DNA of 64,000 nt from Octopus sinensis (lineage: Eukaryota): assembly GCF_006345805.1 (NCBI RefSeq), contig NC_043005.1:34348001-34412000 (forward strand). The letters are read 5' to 3'. This document shows positions 14,891-28,663 of this stretch, piece by piece. A program made the position numbers and the translations under genes. Below the pieces are notes generated by a model that worked only from the letters and a program-made list of their open reading frames with translations, searched no databases and was not told the origin of the DNA. Each line of letters begins with the position of its first letter. Position 1 is the first letter of the stretch.

Positions 14891-15309
14891 GTCTATTGTT
14901 CTGGCTGTTGCCCATGCAACATCGATATTCTTTCCTGAGTTTGTGAAATTTTTGTAAGGCTTCACTTCCATGCGCGCCAGCTTAATTCAATTCATACTTG
15001 GTTGAAAGACACCTGTTGTTATGTCCTGTTAGTATTTTTATTGTATTTATATTTGTGTGATATTGTCTGTTTTTTTCTGTCCTTGTTTTTGTATATATTC
15101 GCTGCTTTCTTCCAAGGAATCTAATGCTCTTGGCTTAGTTTTTCCTTGGGGCTGGCAAGACTGGAGCAATCTCAAGAATAATCAGCTGAAATTGCGAGGA
15201 TAATCTGGTGCTTGACTGAGGAGTGACCCGTCCTTGTTTTCTTTGTATCGTCTATCTGGATGTTTTGTTGTCATTTTTTGCATCACCTAGCTGTCCGGAT
15301 GTTTTGCGT
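14891..15309. mobile_element. Unclassified ~420-bp CpG-retaining unit embedded in (TA)n
   Basis: Sharp boundaries with TA arrays on both sides; a 35-bp piece is duplicated at 14476-14510. Confidence 0.45.
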
Positions 15310-15488
15310 TATATACATATATGTTTATACGTATATATATTTATATATATATATTTACATATATATGTATATATATGTATATATATGTATATGTATATAT
15401 ATGTATGTGTATATGTAATATGTGCATGTATGTCTATATGTATATATGTGTATATATGTATATATATGAATGCATATATATATGTATG

Positions 15489-15534
<46 letters not shown>

Positions 15535-17868
15535 ATATAGCTCCAAAGCATGTGAACAAAGTAATTATTACATCAAACCTATAAAGTGCTTTTATTGTAG
15601 ATGAAACTCTAGTCCACTGCATTATAAAAATTTATTATACAGAAAATGTTATATATACATTTAATGACTAATTTCTATTCCCTCTCAATTGATGTATTGA
15701 ACTGAATTACTGTTAAAAAAAAAACTTTGATGGGGATACATTACATTTTATATTTGATCTGTTATTTTTATGATATTGACTGTTATAAAATGACATTTTA
15801 CACCTAATAACCTAACAAGTTTTCTTTTTAAAAATAAAGCTAATAATAGTTATTGTTAGCTGCTATGTAAATGTAATGAAAGTGTTTTTAAATGTAGCAT
15901 GGCAAAATAAAATTGTTAATAGAAATATCATGAATTTTATTTCTCCTAAATGTTTATGAATCTTTGAGATCCGAAAGTAAATGTCTAAATTTCCATTTTT
16001 ATCACCATCAACATTTTATACTGGCATTCATTTACTTCTTGGAACTTATATTGTCTTAAGTTCATTTCTATTACAGAAATCTTTATAGATTTTATGAAGT
16101 TATTTTACATCAAGCATTGTTTTATTATTTTACTATACCATTTGTACAGTGTTTTCTTACCTAGTTTCTATTATTAGCAAATGTCTTATCATATCCATTT
16201 CTATACATTTGAATTAAATTTGAAACACTAATTAAAAATGATTTCATCTTAAAATTAGTGAAAAATCTTTTTTCCAATTTTTGTGGGGTGGAGTGCATGG
16301 AGTAGGAGTGGATTCGTCAAAGTATAATCAATCCCTATGTTGTTCTTGGGATGTTGTTCTTGTTACTGTATTTTAATTGCATATTTTTTGGGCTATATAA
16401 TCTCCTTTTATTTTATCTTTCAATACTTCTTTGAGGGTCTGCAAAGACTGGGAGCAGAACCACTTCTTCCAGGCTAACTCTTTAAAAATAAATAAATAAA
16501 AACCAGAAATGACTGTTCACTGTCTTGCTGCCTCTGAAGTTATAATTCTCATCTAAAGATCTTAGAAATTACATTATTAATTTCCCCTGTGTCTATAATT
16601 CAGGGATCCCTTTGATAAAATCTTGTCACGGAAGCTATTGTTGCTATAATACAATATTGTTGTTTGTAAATCAACTTATTTCATATGTTTAATTCTCCTA
16701 TATTGTAGATATAAACAAAAAATGTATACACTCTGTGAATGTCTGTTATGTTATTTGTATTGCATAAAATTTATATTCTATCTCTCACAGGTAACAAATT
16801 AGCAGAGTTGTTAGAGCAGGGTTGTTAGAACTTTGTGGAATTTGTTCTAACTCACTGTGGTCTGAGTTCAAATCCCACCAAGGTCAACGTTGCCTCTTAT
16901 TAATAAAAAAAAAATGAAACCAGGATGAGATAGACTGGTGGATCTGTGAAAATGGTTGACCAGATGACTTGTGGTTTTTGTTCCACGAGACATGTATGTG
17001 TTCTTGCAGTATTGGACTATGTGGATAGTAGGTTTACTCCATTAGTCAGTTTAACACACCACTACCTGCTACCCTTCATACCTTTAGTAGACATCTGTTT
17101 CTTTCAAGCATTTGAGTCAAGTCTCTTCCCAGCAGTCTTGGAGGCTCTGTTATAGGTCAAGGGTTCCACCATCCTCCCTCACTATAAAATAAACTCCCAA
17201 CCATTATTTAGTGCTTTAACCATTTTTGTGTATTTATTTTCTTCTAATTGATTTTTCAAGAATCTTAATTTTTGTTTTTTTTTAATTTCATATTAAAATT
17301 TGCTATAACTTTAGATTTTAGGGCCAAGAAAAGAAACTTTGAAACAGCATACAGTCCTTACATAAGTTGAAAATTTCTTACAAAATATTTTAATTTCTCT
17401 TTTGATGAGAAATTTAATATTCTTTGGGAGTTAGTTTCCTTTTCATAGATGAAATAACTATTGCTTGAAAATGAAAATGTAAGAGTTATTTTTAATTAAT
17501 TCTTATATTTTAACAGTTTAAATATATTTCTCAGATGAACTGTTATTAAAATAACAAGTCAATAAAGTCAGGAGTGATAATATATATTTAGAATGAAGAC
17601 ATGGGTTCTGTGGTAGTGCAATGACTTAGGAAAAATCAAAGTGTTTGTTTGAAAAATCTGCTTAGAAGGATAGTATAACTGTTAAATAATTTATAAAGCA
17701 TATAAAATTGACATGATCTTGTTTCTTCTGGCCAGAAGTAGAGGTGAAATACAACTCATTGCATTATTATTTTAATACTAACACAAAAGATTAAATTAAT
17801 CATCTGATCATTTGTTACTGATCTAAAAGTAATGTAAATTATTTAAGCTGTTATGTTGTGCATGTGTG

Positions 17869-17909
<41 letters not shown>

Positions 17910-18099
17910 AACACAGTGAGCTACTTGTATTTTATTTTTATTGACTTATCAAATCACTTGACATGATCACTCTGTAGTAGAAGATGATGGCTTAGCTTGT
18001 TGGTTCAAACAATCTTTCATTGTTTTATGAGTGAAATAATGACTTAGGTTTTCATCATCATCATTGTTATTCAGTTGAGCTTATTCAAATTTTCCCAAC

Positions 18100-20760
18100 T
18101 CAATCATGCCACTTAATATCATGTTCCTGTAGAACATTGGGGAGATCAGCATAGCAAGAGCTCGTGTCCAAACAGAACTGGTCAATGAATGGTTTTGTTG
18201 GATACCCAACCAATGCTTATATGTCTACAAGAATAATAAATTCCTACTGAGTTCTTCAGCAATGTCATGCAAAATGTCTTTACTTTCTACAATGATATTA
18301 GTGATTTCAAGAAGACTGTCATACACAGTCTTTGCTTGGTCAGATGATTTTTCCTGGAAATATTCAGAATAATCAATACCATGCAAATCCAGGTAAGACA
18401 AATCATGAAGCAATTTTTTGCATCCTTTTCTGTGGATGTGATATTACTGCCTAAGATAACTGTCTACCAGATTTAACTTATGTGAACCCAACCTGTAATG
18501 CAGGAACACATGTCAGGTTGAGGCCAAACATTTGGTGTCTCACATAAGAAAAGGTACATTGCTGGTTGTTATTAGCTGCTTTGTACACTCATGTTTATCA
18601 TTGAGACATTCAGTTTGTGGTGAATCAATGTATTAGTCTCCATTATAGATGATTCAATTTTATTTGTGGTTCTCATTCATAAGCATTGATGCTACAAAGT
18701 TTCAAATTTCCTTCAACTGTTTCCTTTGCCTTTTTCATCTGTACTTTCTTTCGTGTAGATGTGAGTAAAACAACTATTTGAGCAACTGATAGTTCAGTAT
18801 AACTTGACCAGCTCATCAAAGTTGATGTTGTGTAATCATGATTATATTGTTTGAGATATTGTGTGTTATGCCATTGAATCTGGTATGATTTTTCTTGGCT
18901 ACCTCTGGTGTTATATTTCCAGCTTGCAGATGTATTGCTTATAATTTGTTTCAGAGCTAATTAAGACATTGGGTACAATTGCCTTAGACACCCTAAGTGT
19001 GCTTGTTTGTTTCAGATCAATGATTTTCATATACTCCTCTTCTCAGACAACCAAAGAATGCACAGGCACATTTTATCCAGTGGCATGAGTAAAACTGTTA
19101 ACAGAGGTTCATAATTTACAGAATTAACTGACTTAGTGAAAGAAAGCACTTCTCAAATGATCATGCTAATATGAAGGTTGATAGTGGAATGATTCAGCTG
19201 AGCAGTATCCTTGTTAGAATTTTTCCAGCAGTTGGAAAAAGTGAAACTCTTCTGTAGTTATAATCTCATTTGTCTTTGTCTTCCTCCTTGAAGATGGTAA
19301 TAATCGTCATATCTCTGAAATCAAAAGGTATCTCTTCTTGCATTTAGATTAGCAGAAACAGTGCATGTTTTTTTTTTTTTAGTGTTTCATACTCAAGTTT
19401 ATATATTTCACCCAGAACCCTGTCAGACATGGGCTTCCTGTTTTTTTAATCTCTTTTTATTTCTATGGAATATGGATGGTGTTGATTTTTTGCTGTGATG
19501 TTATGGGTGCAGAAAAGCTGTTTATCATCAGTCTTTATAGCAGACCAGAGACATTTTCCTGACTGAACAGTCACAATTAACCAAGTTGAAAATTATTTCC
19601 GTCAATTGCTGAGAGATGCTTTTACCTTTATAAGTTTTTTAAGTCTTTAAATGTGTGGATTGTCGGCCCTACTGATATGCAAGTATCATAGAGTGTTTTA
19701 ATAATACTGAAGAAATCTCCCAGAAACTTTCTGGATTTTGAGATCTCTGACCTGCCACGAGTTGAGCTTCATTGCATAAGTTTGTTTCTGGACTGAAATC
19801 TTAGCTGGTAGGTTTTCCTTTTGCAGTATTCTTATAATTTTGGTAGGTATAAAAATCACTCTCTTTTTCTCCTTGATCAGTTATTTGATTTGGATATTAT
19901 TTTCATGAAAACATTTTTTCTATTTTTGCTGTGAAGTCTATGGAGATACTTATCTTCAGGGTGCCTCATGTACTTTCAACATTATTACAATGTTCCAAGC
20001 TGATAGACAACAGTTTATCATGTAGGTGCTTCTGAAATTGCACTACTTTTGCTGTGTGAGAAAGATTTAAGTCTTGATTTTCTGATGGCATAATTTCTGC
20101 TACTTATGTCACTCTGGAGTGAGTTAAATTGCCATGTTAGATTGTATTAGGTGGTGATCTGTCCAGAATTGTCAATGCCTGTCATGACAAATGTTAGATG
20201 CACATCCTTGTAATCATAGGTCCATGCAATGACATAGTTAATCATATGCTAAGTACTTTGATCTTGGATACTGTTAGAAACACTTGTGTATATTTGTTGA
20301 AAAAAGTGTGTAATAACTAAGTTGTACTCCTCACATCTACTTAGAAGCAGTATATTTGATAGCTTTCCTGCGGCTTCCTTTCCACTTATGTCATTCTAGA
20401 GGTTTAAATCTTTGTTGCTGAAGTCATTCACTATGATAATTTAGATTGTATCATGATATTCTGTACAGAATACTCTGTGTTAGTATAAAATTCTTCTTTA
20501 TCTTCTGTGTTTATCTTCTGTGAAGCACATTTCTACTGGTGACTGTTGCATTTGTGTTAGAGCCACCAAGCTTTAGGCAGAGAATCAGCAGTCTTTCACT
20601 GATGCCAATAGGTTGTTCATATAACCTTCCAGTCAGATCATTGTGGATTGCACAGTCTGTTCCACATGAAGTGAACAGCTATTTGAAGAGAGAACTTAAG
20701 AAGGAACAAACAGCTGTCAACCAAGAACTGATGCCATGGCCATTTCAAAGACTTGGTTAA
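18100..20760 (-). pseudogene. Old degraded RTE (BovB/RTE-1-like) LINE, APE plus RT
   Basis: Minus-strand fragments: PIGISERLLILCLKL (APE, ~20600); EIP.DFRDMTIITIFK..NYRRVSLFPTAGKILTRILL (RT, ~19200-19330); many stops and frameshifts. Confidence 0.7.
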
Positions 20761-21865
20761 TTATAATTAAGCAACCAAAGAAAGATCTTTGGACAACATT
20801 GCATAATGACCAATGACCAATGATGTACTACCTGGCATTGTAGAAATCTCCACCCCAAAATACAATCCATTCCATAAAAGAATAAGGCACTCAAGTCTGT
20901 CTGGATTTTGGCTGAAATATATAAACTTATGCATCATCAGCTAACCTTGTCTTAGTAAGGAGCATAGTGTCAATGTTGAAGCATGCCAATTCTCTTGAAA
21001 TAAGTATTACCCATCATTCTGGTTGAAAGCTGTTTGGCTTCTCAATAAAGATTTAAATGTTCTTAGATCCAACTCATATTATCTATCATTTCTTTTATCT
21101 ACATAAAGATGACTCTTCTGGATGTAGAAGTCCTTTTGGACAACTAGGACAGGCTGTGCTTCAGAAATTTTTTGTAACCTCTTCCCAGTGCAAGATTAGT
21201 GGGGCAGATCACAGGAAGAAATGTTAAGACAGTTTCAGCTGCCAAATGATAATTCTATCTTTATTTAAATGTCTGATAAACATCATTTGATTGCTACTTC
21301 CCTATTTTTTATGTTTAGGGTCTTCCACATGGTGTAATCTGTGAGCTAGTGGTTGTCATTAACAAATGACAGCTCACAGGTACACTATAGCTTCTCACTA
21401 TGTTTTCTATTATATAATAGCTTCTACAGTTCTGTATACCACTACCATTGTCACCCAACTCACCTCTCTTCTTTTTGCCATCCCTCACTGTTTCAACTAG
21501 AATCCTTTGATCAATTATCTGTTTGACTGGGGCAACCCTGGGTCTAAACAACTACTTTACAATGAGTTCTGTCTGGAAAGCAAAAAGGAAACTACTTTAA
21601 GACTTGCAATAAAATAGTTCTTAAAAGTCTGAACATTGATATTTTTTATAGAAGTGGGAGACAGTCGTTGAAAACCATACTCTTTATTATTTTTGACTGA
21701 AGCCAAAGCTGCTTAACAAATAGAGTTGTATGAAAATGTAACTGCAGCAAGCTGCTTTTAAGGAGGATCACCAATACCGCCATACTTGACTTGGGAAGAA
21801 GTAGTTTCATTGCAATCATTGTCTAGACATGTTTTTGTTATTTACATCAGAATTATTGAGAGAGA

Positions 21866-21886
21866 GATTGAGAGAGAGAGAGAGAG

Positions 21887-21950
<64 letters not shown>
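21866..21950. repeat. (GA)n microsatellite
   Basis: Directly visible. Confidence 0.98.
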
Positions 21951-21952
<2 letters not shown>

Positions 21953-23254
21953 ACACAATCACACAGTTATTCAATTTCAAATTTTTATTTATTTATTTTT
22001 CTTGTAACGTATAATTTTCAGACCTGAAACATTTCCACAGTTGAGTAAGTAGATAAAAAATGTACAAAAACAAAATAAGAAATAATAGCCCTTTTTTATG
22101 ATTATAGCTACATGTTGTATCAACAGGGCTGAAAAGAAATGAGGTTAAATTTCATAAACTAAAAATGTACTGTAAATATAAACCCGCCATCTGATTTAAA
22201 AAATTTTTCAAATATTTAGTTGTAATTTATAGATTATTATATATATGTGAGCATGTGTGTGTGTGTATGATTAACATCCACTTTCCAAGTTAGTATGGCT
22301 TTAACTTATATGTGGCAGGATGTTATGGTTGAATACTCTTCCTTTACATGTTTTTCAAGTAAGGGATTTTTTCCTTTATTCCATAAGCATTGAGTGGCCA
22401 GTCATAATGTCAAGAAGGAATGTAGATATCACAGTTTCACTCAGTCAGTGACTAATAAACCATGGAATATTAACATTCATGTATGTGCTTGCACACACAC
22501 ACACAACACAACACATGCCATATGACTTATTTCTTATGATTTCCCATTGACTTGGGGCATTCTTGTAGTTTCCATTAGTTGCTTTGGGGTAATAGTAGAT
22601 GTCATTTGATCAAAGTGCTACACAGTGCAACAGAGCCTAAAACAATGTTGTCATGAAGTGAATTTGTTAAACCCCCCCCACACACACACACATACTGAGA
22701 GAGAGGGGGAGATTGCTAAAAATATCATCTTTATTGTCTTTAGTTTCAGTGACTTTGATTTTATGCTATTTCATTGCATGAAATCACTAAATAATGTATT
22801 TTAATGTAAAATATTTATGTAGAATATTGGTTGCCATTTACGGAAAGTAAGAAAACTGCAAAAGAATGAAACAGTAGATTTTAGAAACTTCTTACTAATT
22901 AAATCATTATTACTATTCTGTGCTGTTTCTATTTTTAAATTTGAACCATTGCAAGTGACTTTATGACCCAATCAACTAGTTTTTCATTAAATTAAAAAAG
23001 GCATGTTATTATATTTTGCATGTAAAGCTGGTACTCCATGTAAAATTGGTGGAAATAAGATATTTTTTATAAGAATACGTGACAGGATTTAATGAAAGAG
23101 GTATCAAGAGTTGATTATTGATAATAATTGATAGAGAAGATGAAAAAAGACTGAGAAATGTTCAGTTATATGTGGTTTAAAAGATTTCAGTATTTCTTTA
23201 AAACTGAGAACAAATAGTAACCTGTCTAAAATCATGAGGTAGTGAGTTTAATTC

Positions 23255-23530
23255 TTGGAGCAGGCTGTGTGTTGTGTTCTTGAGCAAGACACTTTATTTT
23301 ATGTTGCTCCAGTTCACTCAGCTGTAGAAATGAGTTGTGACATCACTAGTGCCAAGCTGTATTGGCCTTTGCCTTTCCATTAGATAACATCAGTAGCATG
23401 GAAAGAGGAGACTGGTATGCATGAGCGACTGCTGGTCTTCCATAAACAACCTTACCCAGACGTGTACCTTTGTAGTAGCTTTTTAGGTGCAGTCCCATGG
23501 TCATTCATGACTGAAAGATGTCTACCCTTT
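23255..23530 (+). mobile_element. SINE remnant with V/Meta-like core
   Basis: gtgttgtgttcttgagcaagacacttt...ctccagttcactcagctgtagaaatgagt resembles the conserved V/Meta SINE core. Confidence 0.55.
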
Positions 23531-24029
23531 ATCCATGCCACCATAGAGAAATAGGCATAAAAACCATTCGTGTATTGATCTTATTTAAGAGCAATTGATT
23601 TGGGTATTGAAAAATACCAAACTCTTTGTCAGTTGGATCTCCTACTTGTGTGCTACTCTCTTTTCTGGATAAGTTAAGAGATATAAACTTACAACTGTTT
23701 ACCTATTTTTTTGTCATGACATATCAAACTTTTGATATTAATAAATATTTAGTGTCTCTGCAACATCTTTGTTAAATATTTCCCCAACCCTAATATTGTT
23801 GTTATCCTCAAATATCATTTATTTGCACAAGCCAATCAAAATTGTACATTGTAAGTTTACGGAGAAATGTGTAGATTAAACATATATTGTATTGTTTTAT
23901 AAGTACTCACTGAAATGTGTCATTTTATTCCACATCTTCACCAATTTCTCTGACTCCACCTGAGCTAGCCACATTACTCCTATTCTGCCAGACACCTTTT
24001 TCTGTCTCTCAGTACAACTCCCCCATTAA

Positions 24030-24255
24030 TTGAGGCATCATGTCTTGCAAGTTACTTGGTGATGTCACTGCTATTGGTACAACATAAAAAGCACCCAGTA
24101 TACTTTTTTAAGATGTTGGCATTAGGAAGGGCATTTAGCCATAGAAATCATGCTAAAGCAAACAGCAGCGCTTGGTGCTGTCTTTTGACTTGCCAGTTCT
24201 GTCAAACTGTCCAACCCATGTCAGCATGGAATGCAAACATTAAATGATGATGATA
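24030..24255 (+). mobile_element. RTE 3'-tail element (older)
   Basis: ttggcattaggaagggcat...ccaacccatgtcagcatggaa...aaatgatgatgat. Confidence 0.75.
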
Positions 24256-24531
24256 TGAAGTTGCTTGTCTTTCATTAATTGTTCAGTGTTTCCTGCTGTA
24301 GTTGAACAATTCAATAAATTCTTGTTTGGTTGAATGTCAACCCAGCAGAATCTTGGAAAATAAATTGTATAGAGTAGTTAGAATTTAACATTCTGCCCTA
24401 AGTAATGTATGAATAGTGATATTTTATACAGTTGAGTAACAAAATATAAACTCCTCAAGTCAGTGTTGTTAAGGTGTTGTTCTTAGTCAACACCACTGAA
24501 GAGCAGTGACATAGATGTTAAGCCTCTAGTT

Positions 24532-24863
24532 CAGTAGATCACAACCATTTTTTATCTATGGACTCCTTTGATTCCTATTTTATTCTGGTGTATCTCCATA
24601 GCCATTTAATGTTTAAAAACTAGTTTTACAGATACTTCTTTCAAAATTCCTATTTTGCTGTCCACTCATTAACTTGTGTAGGTTGAACTATGTAAAATGT
24701 TTGAGAAAGAAATTTAGCTATTTATTGCAATAAATACATCTAAATCAAAATGTTTTCATGGTCTCTTAATATACTACTGTGGGTCCCCAATTTTGCCTGT
24801 GAGGACCCCCAAAAGTCTTATATGGACCCCTAGGGTCATATGGACTGTGGTTAAGAACCACTG
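24532..24863. mobile_element. hAT (Charlie/Buster-like) MITE, 332 bp
   Basis: TIRs cagtagatcacaacc / ggttaagaaccactg; 8-bp TSD ctctagtt / ctttagtt with central TA. Confidence 0.8.
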
Positions 24864-27094
24864 CTTTAGTTGGCTTTACTGGTACTAACCAGCTCATCTT
24901 TTGTGTACATACTAACTTTAGATTTGGGATTTTAAATGGATGAAAAATAACTGAGTTTGAGGTGGAAGATTAGGTTACTAAATCAAATTACATAGAATTC
25001 CTCCTTGCTTGTTTGTGATTATGTAGATTATATTGGTGGTGACTTTACAGTTTTTTTGAGGTTTTGTGTTTGTTGTGTGTTTGATTTTATTATTTTGCAT
25101 AATGAAATTTTTGTTAGTCATTTTAAAATTGTTTTCCAATATCTTATATTTGATTTATTTCGATGTCTTTAATAGCAGCCCAAAGATTATGATGTAACCT
25201 TTAATAGTAACCACCAGGTCATGATGTATCTTTTAGTGGCAACCATATCAGATCTACACTTATTTAAATAAAAGTAACTTATCTTATCTATCAACTTCAT
25301 TTGCAAATAAGGTGTTTACCTTTATTTCTTAATAAAATTCCATTTTTTTAGAATTTGACAAAATATGGGAAGTTTGCTTAGAAAATTTTTCTTTAATCCA
25401 AATTAGACTAATACCTTTATTTTTATCACTTTAATTGCAATTTTATTTTAGCATTTAATTCATTGAATAATATAAAGAAAATTGTTTAGTATTAAACCAC
25501 ATTTTGTGACAATGGAATAAAAATATAGAAAATTGAAAGTAATTACTGATTGTTTTACTTCAGTTAAAAATACTAAAACTCATTGAATTCTCACTATTTC
25601 TCTCTCTCTTTCTCTCTCTCTCTACATCCTGTAACTAATCAATAAAATTGTAATCAGTAATTTTGAACAGCAAATATGAAATTGTAAACATCAAGGAGAA
25701 AAACAAAACAAAACAGCCATCTACAAAATTGCTGCTTTTTTCATTTCATAAATGTAATATACACATTGTCTTATAGCTTTCCAAAAAGTTTTTATCATTA
25801 TATTAGCAAATAATACAATATTTGTAAAACATTTCAAGATATCCGAGTATCAGTTTCTATTACCATTAATAATTAATACATGGATGTTTTAGCTTGAATA
25901 AATTTGATAGATCTGTTTGGAAATATTTGATTTTTTTTATCAACATATACTCACAGCTGCTCTATTGTTAAAATATGTACTAATCTAGATAACAGTGACA
26001 GGTCAATTAAATTCAAAATATTATTCAGTGAAAATTATGCCATTTATGAAACTTTTCGATGTACCAGTGAATGTTTTATAATACTATAGAAATGTAGATA
26101 AAAAATATGGCTGCTTATGTTAAAGAAATATTTTGTATATTATTTTGAAAATAACTCTTCTTTTTTGTTTTATTAATTAAAATTAAATATATTATTTGTC
26201 AATTAGCATTAAATTATAAACAAATAAACTGGTCTTTTTTATAAAATAAAGCAATATCATATATTAATTTTATAAATGTTTATCTTAATATTTAAAAATT
26301 AATCTTAATCATTTAGTCTCACTGAATATAAATAAGGTTTTAAGAATTTTTTCTAAAAAAATAATCACAAATAGAATAGCAATACCTTTGTGAGATTAGT
26401 ACAGTTGATGGTTGTTACTAAACTTCTGGAGGTTAATGTCCGAGAGAAACTCATGTCCAGAGAAAGAATTTCAGAGATTTGCCAGTCTGGGAAGGAATAA
26501 TTATAAAATTGTTCAGTAGATGGTTTGAGCAATGAGACAGTATAGAGGTGGGAGTCTTGGGTGAGACTTAATGGAGTTATTTGTACACTATACTACTTTA
26601 GAGGAATTAATAAAAAAAAAGAAAAACTAGATTTTAATTGAAGATTATTTCCTATTGTAATGATTATTTATGTGTTTTTCTTAAATCAGAAAAGAACCAC
26701 TGATAAATTACCAGTTAACTCAATATTGATATGTATGTTTACTTTCTCTTCTCACTATAAATTTAATAGTTGTTTCTTATAAGGTGTTTGTATATTTAAA
26801 AACTAACTATAAACTTAAAGAGGGCACAGTGCGAAAGAAAAAATGCAGGTCAAATGTCTTGATAAAAAGTCTTTTATAAAATCTAGAATTTTGCTTCAGT
26901 TTCCAGTTAGGACTGCTTAATTTTGGCTTGGTAAGCTTGGAGGAGAGTATCAAAACTGTAACTTCACAAAGATTTCATACCTCTTCAAAATGAATTATTT
27001 ATTTACATTGTTGTTGTTTGTTCCTTCTTGAGCCATGCCTGGCTCATAAGGGTCAGTTTCTCGGTTTCATTGGTGTATAGGTTCCCCAACTGGA

Positions 27095-27345
27095 CAGGAT
27101 ACTGATCTATCACAGGTGAGCTGGTAGATGCAGGAGGAAAGATTCTATGGCTGGATGCCCTTCCTAACACCAAGCACTCTGAGAGTGTAATGGGTGCTCT
27201 TACGTGTTGCCAGCATGGGTGCCAGCTGTGTGACACTAGTATCTGCCATGGCTACAATTTCACGTGGCTTGATGGATCTTCCTTCTCAAGTACAGCATAT
27301 TGCCAAAGGTCTCAGTCATTTGTCATTGCCTCTGTTTTTAATTTC
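27095..27345 (-). mobile_element. RTE 3' end, second subfamily (last codons plus short UTR)
   Basis: Minus strand encodes MTNDZDLWQYAVLEK-like terminus, then the shared ggaagggcatccagcc core; homologous to 57640-57800. Confidence 0.7.
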
Positions 27346-27495
27346 TTTAGGTCATCAGTCCAAATTAAAAATTAATTTTTGTAGGATTTAATCAGTGTAT
27401 TACCATTCATAAATCATTGACAACGACATAAAAATGCCAAATTGCAGAAATGCGATGGGTTGATATACTAAAAATCACTATCATTGTGGTCTCTT

Positions 27496-27709
27496 AAGGT
27501 GGTGATTTGACAGAGTCATTAGCACACCAGACAAAATGCTTAGTGGAATTTTATCCATCCTTACATTCTGAGTTCAAATTCTATTGAGGTCAGCTTTGCC
27601 TTTCATTTTTTCAATTTTGATAAAATAAGTACCATTTGAGCACTGGGGTTGATGTAGTCAACTTATCCCCTCCCTCAAAATTGTTGGCCTTGTGCCAAAA
27701 TTTGAAACC
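27496..27709 (+). mobile_element. Full-length tRNA-derived SINE with Nin/Deu-like core
   Basis: A-box-like tgacagagtcattag and B box gagttcaaattc; core gcctttcat...gataaaataagtacca; TSD attgtggtct at 27483-27492 and 27716-27725. Confidence 0.85.
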
Positions 27710-28663
27710 AGTATTATTGTGGTCTGTACCTAATTCCATAAATTTTAAAGTAAATGTGCAGAATTAATAGAAAAGTCATAATTTTAATCATGAAAGCAAC
27801 TGAAGGTATCAAATTGGTCGATAATATTGTTTTAGGGAAAGTTATTAAGGATGAATATTATGAGTTGCATAAGAATCAGCAACCTTAAATGTTAAACTGA
27901 CACAAGAAAATGCTCATGAGACTCAGTAACCAGACTACTAGTAGTGAATCCTGAGACTCAGTAACTATGTTAAACTGACTGACTACTAACAAATGAGTCC
28001 ATAACTTGTTATATCTGTATGTTATTGAGTAACATCAGGCTCAAATTACTTCAACAATCGTAAGGGAAAGTCATAACTCTACCTAGCCATGTCAGCATTA
28101 AAAAACAAATCAGTGTGTCTGTTTATGCACACAAATAATATTTGATATAATTTTATAGATTGAATTATAAGACAAGTCCTGCCTTAGGGTTAACTTATCA
28201 TATGAACTATGTTTAAATGTCGAGAAGATTATAGAATATTGATATTTCATTATTTAATCCAACTTTTATCTATTAAGCCATCCTTAATTCTCTTTCTTAA
28301 TCAGTTTTCATTGATTATTATTTTTGTTGTTGTTATTATTTGGATTGTTAGAATTGTTAGAACATTTGACAAAATATCTTGTAATATTGCTTCCTGAGTT
28401 TACATCTCATTGAGACCAACTTCCATGATTGATAAAATTTTGTACTAGTCAAATACTAATCCATTAACTCAGCCAACTCCATTTCCACAAAATTTCAGGC
28501 CTTGAATCTATGTTTGAAAAAATTGTTATTGTTGTTGGTAAGGTAGTAAGCTAGCAGAATTGTTAATGTGCTGCACAAAATGTTTAGTGGGATTTCTTCC
28601 AGTTCTAGCAGAAGTACCAACCTTCAAGCAGTTTCTTGCTACTCATTATGTATTAAGGAGGTA

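Noticed and set aside
15185-15240. Third hammerhead (GAAA near 15188, CTGAGGA near 15215)
   Set aside because: No GAAA after the CUGAGGA box, and stems I and II do not pair in a permuted arrangement.
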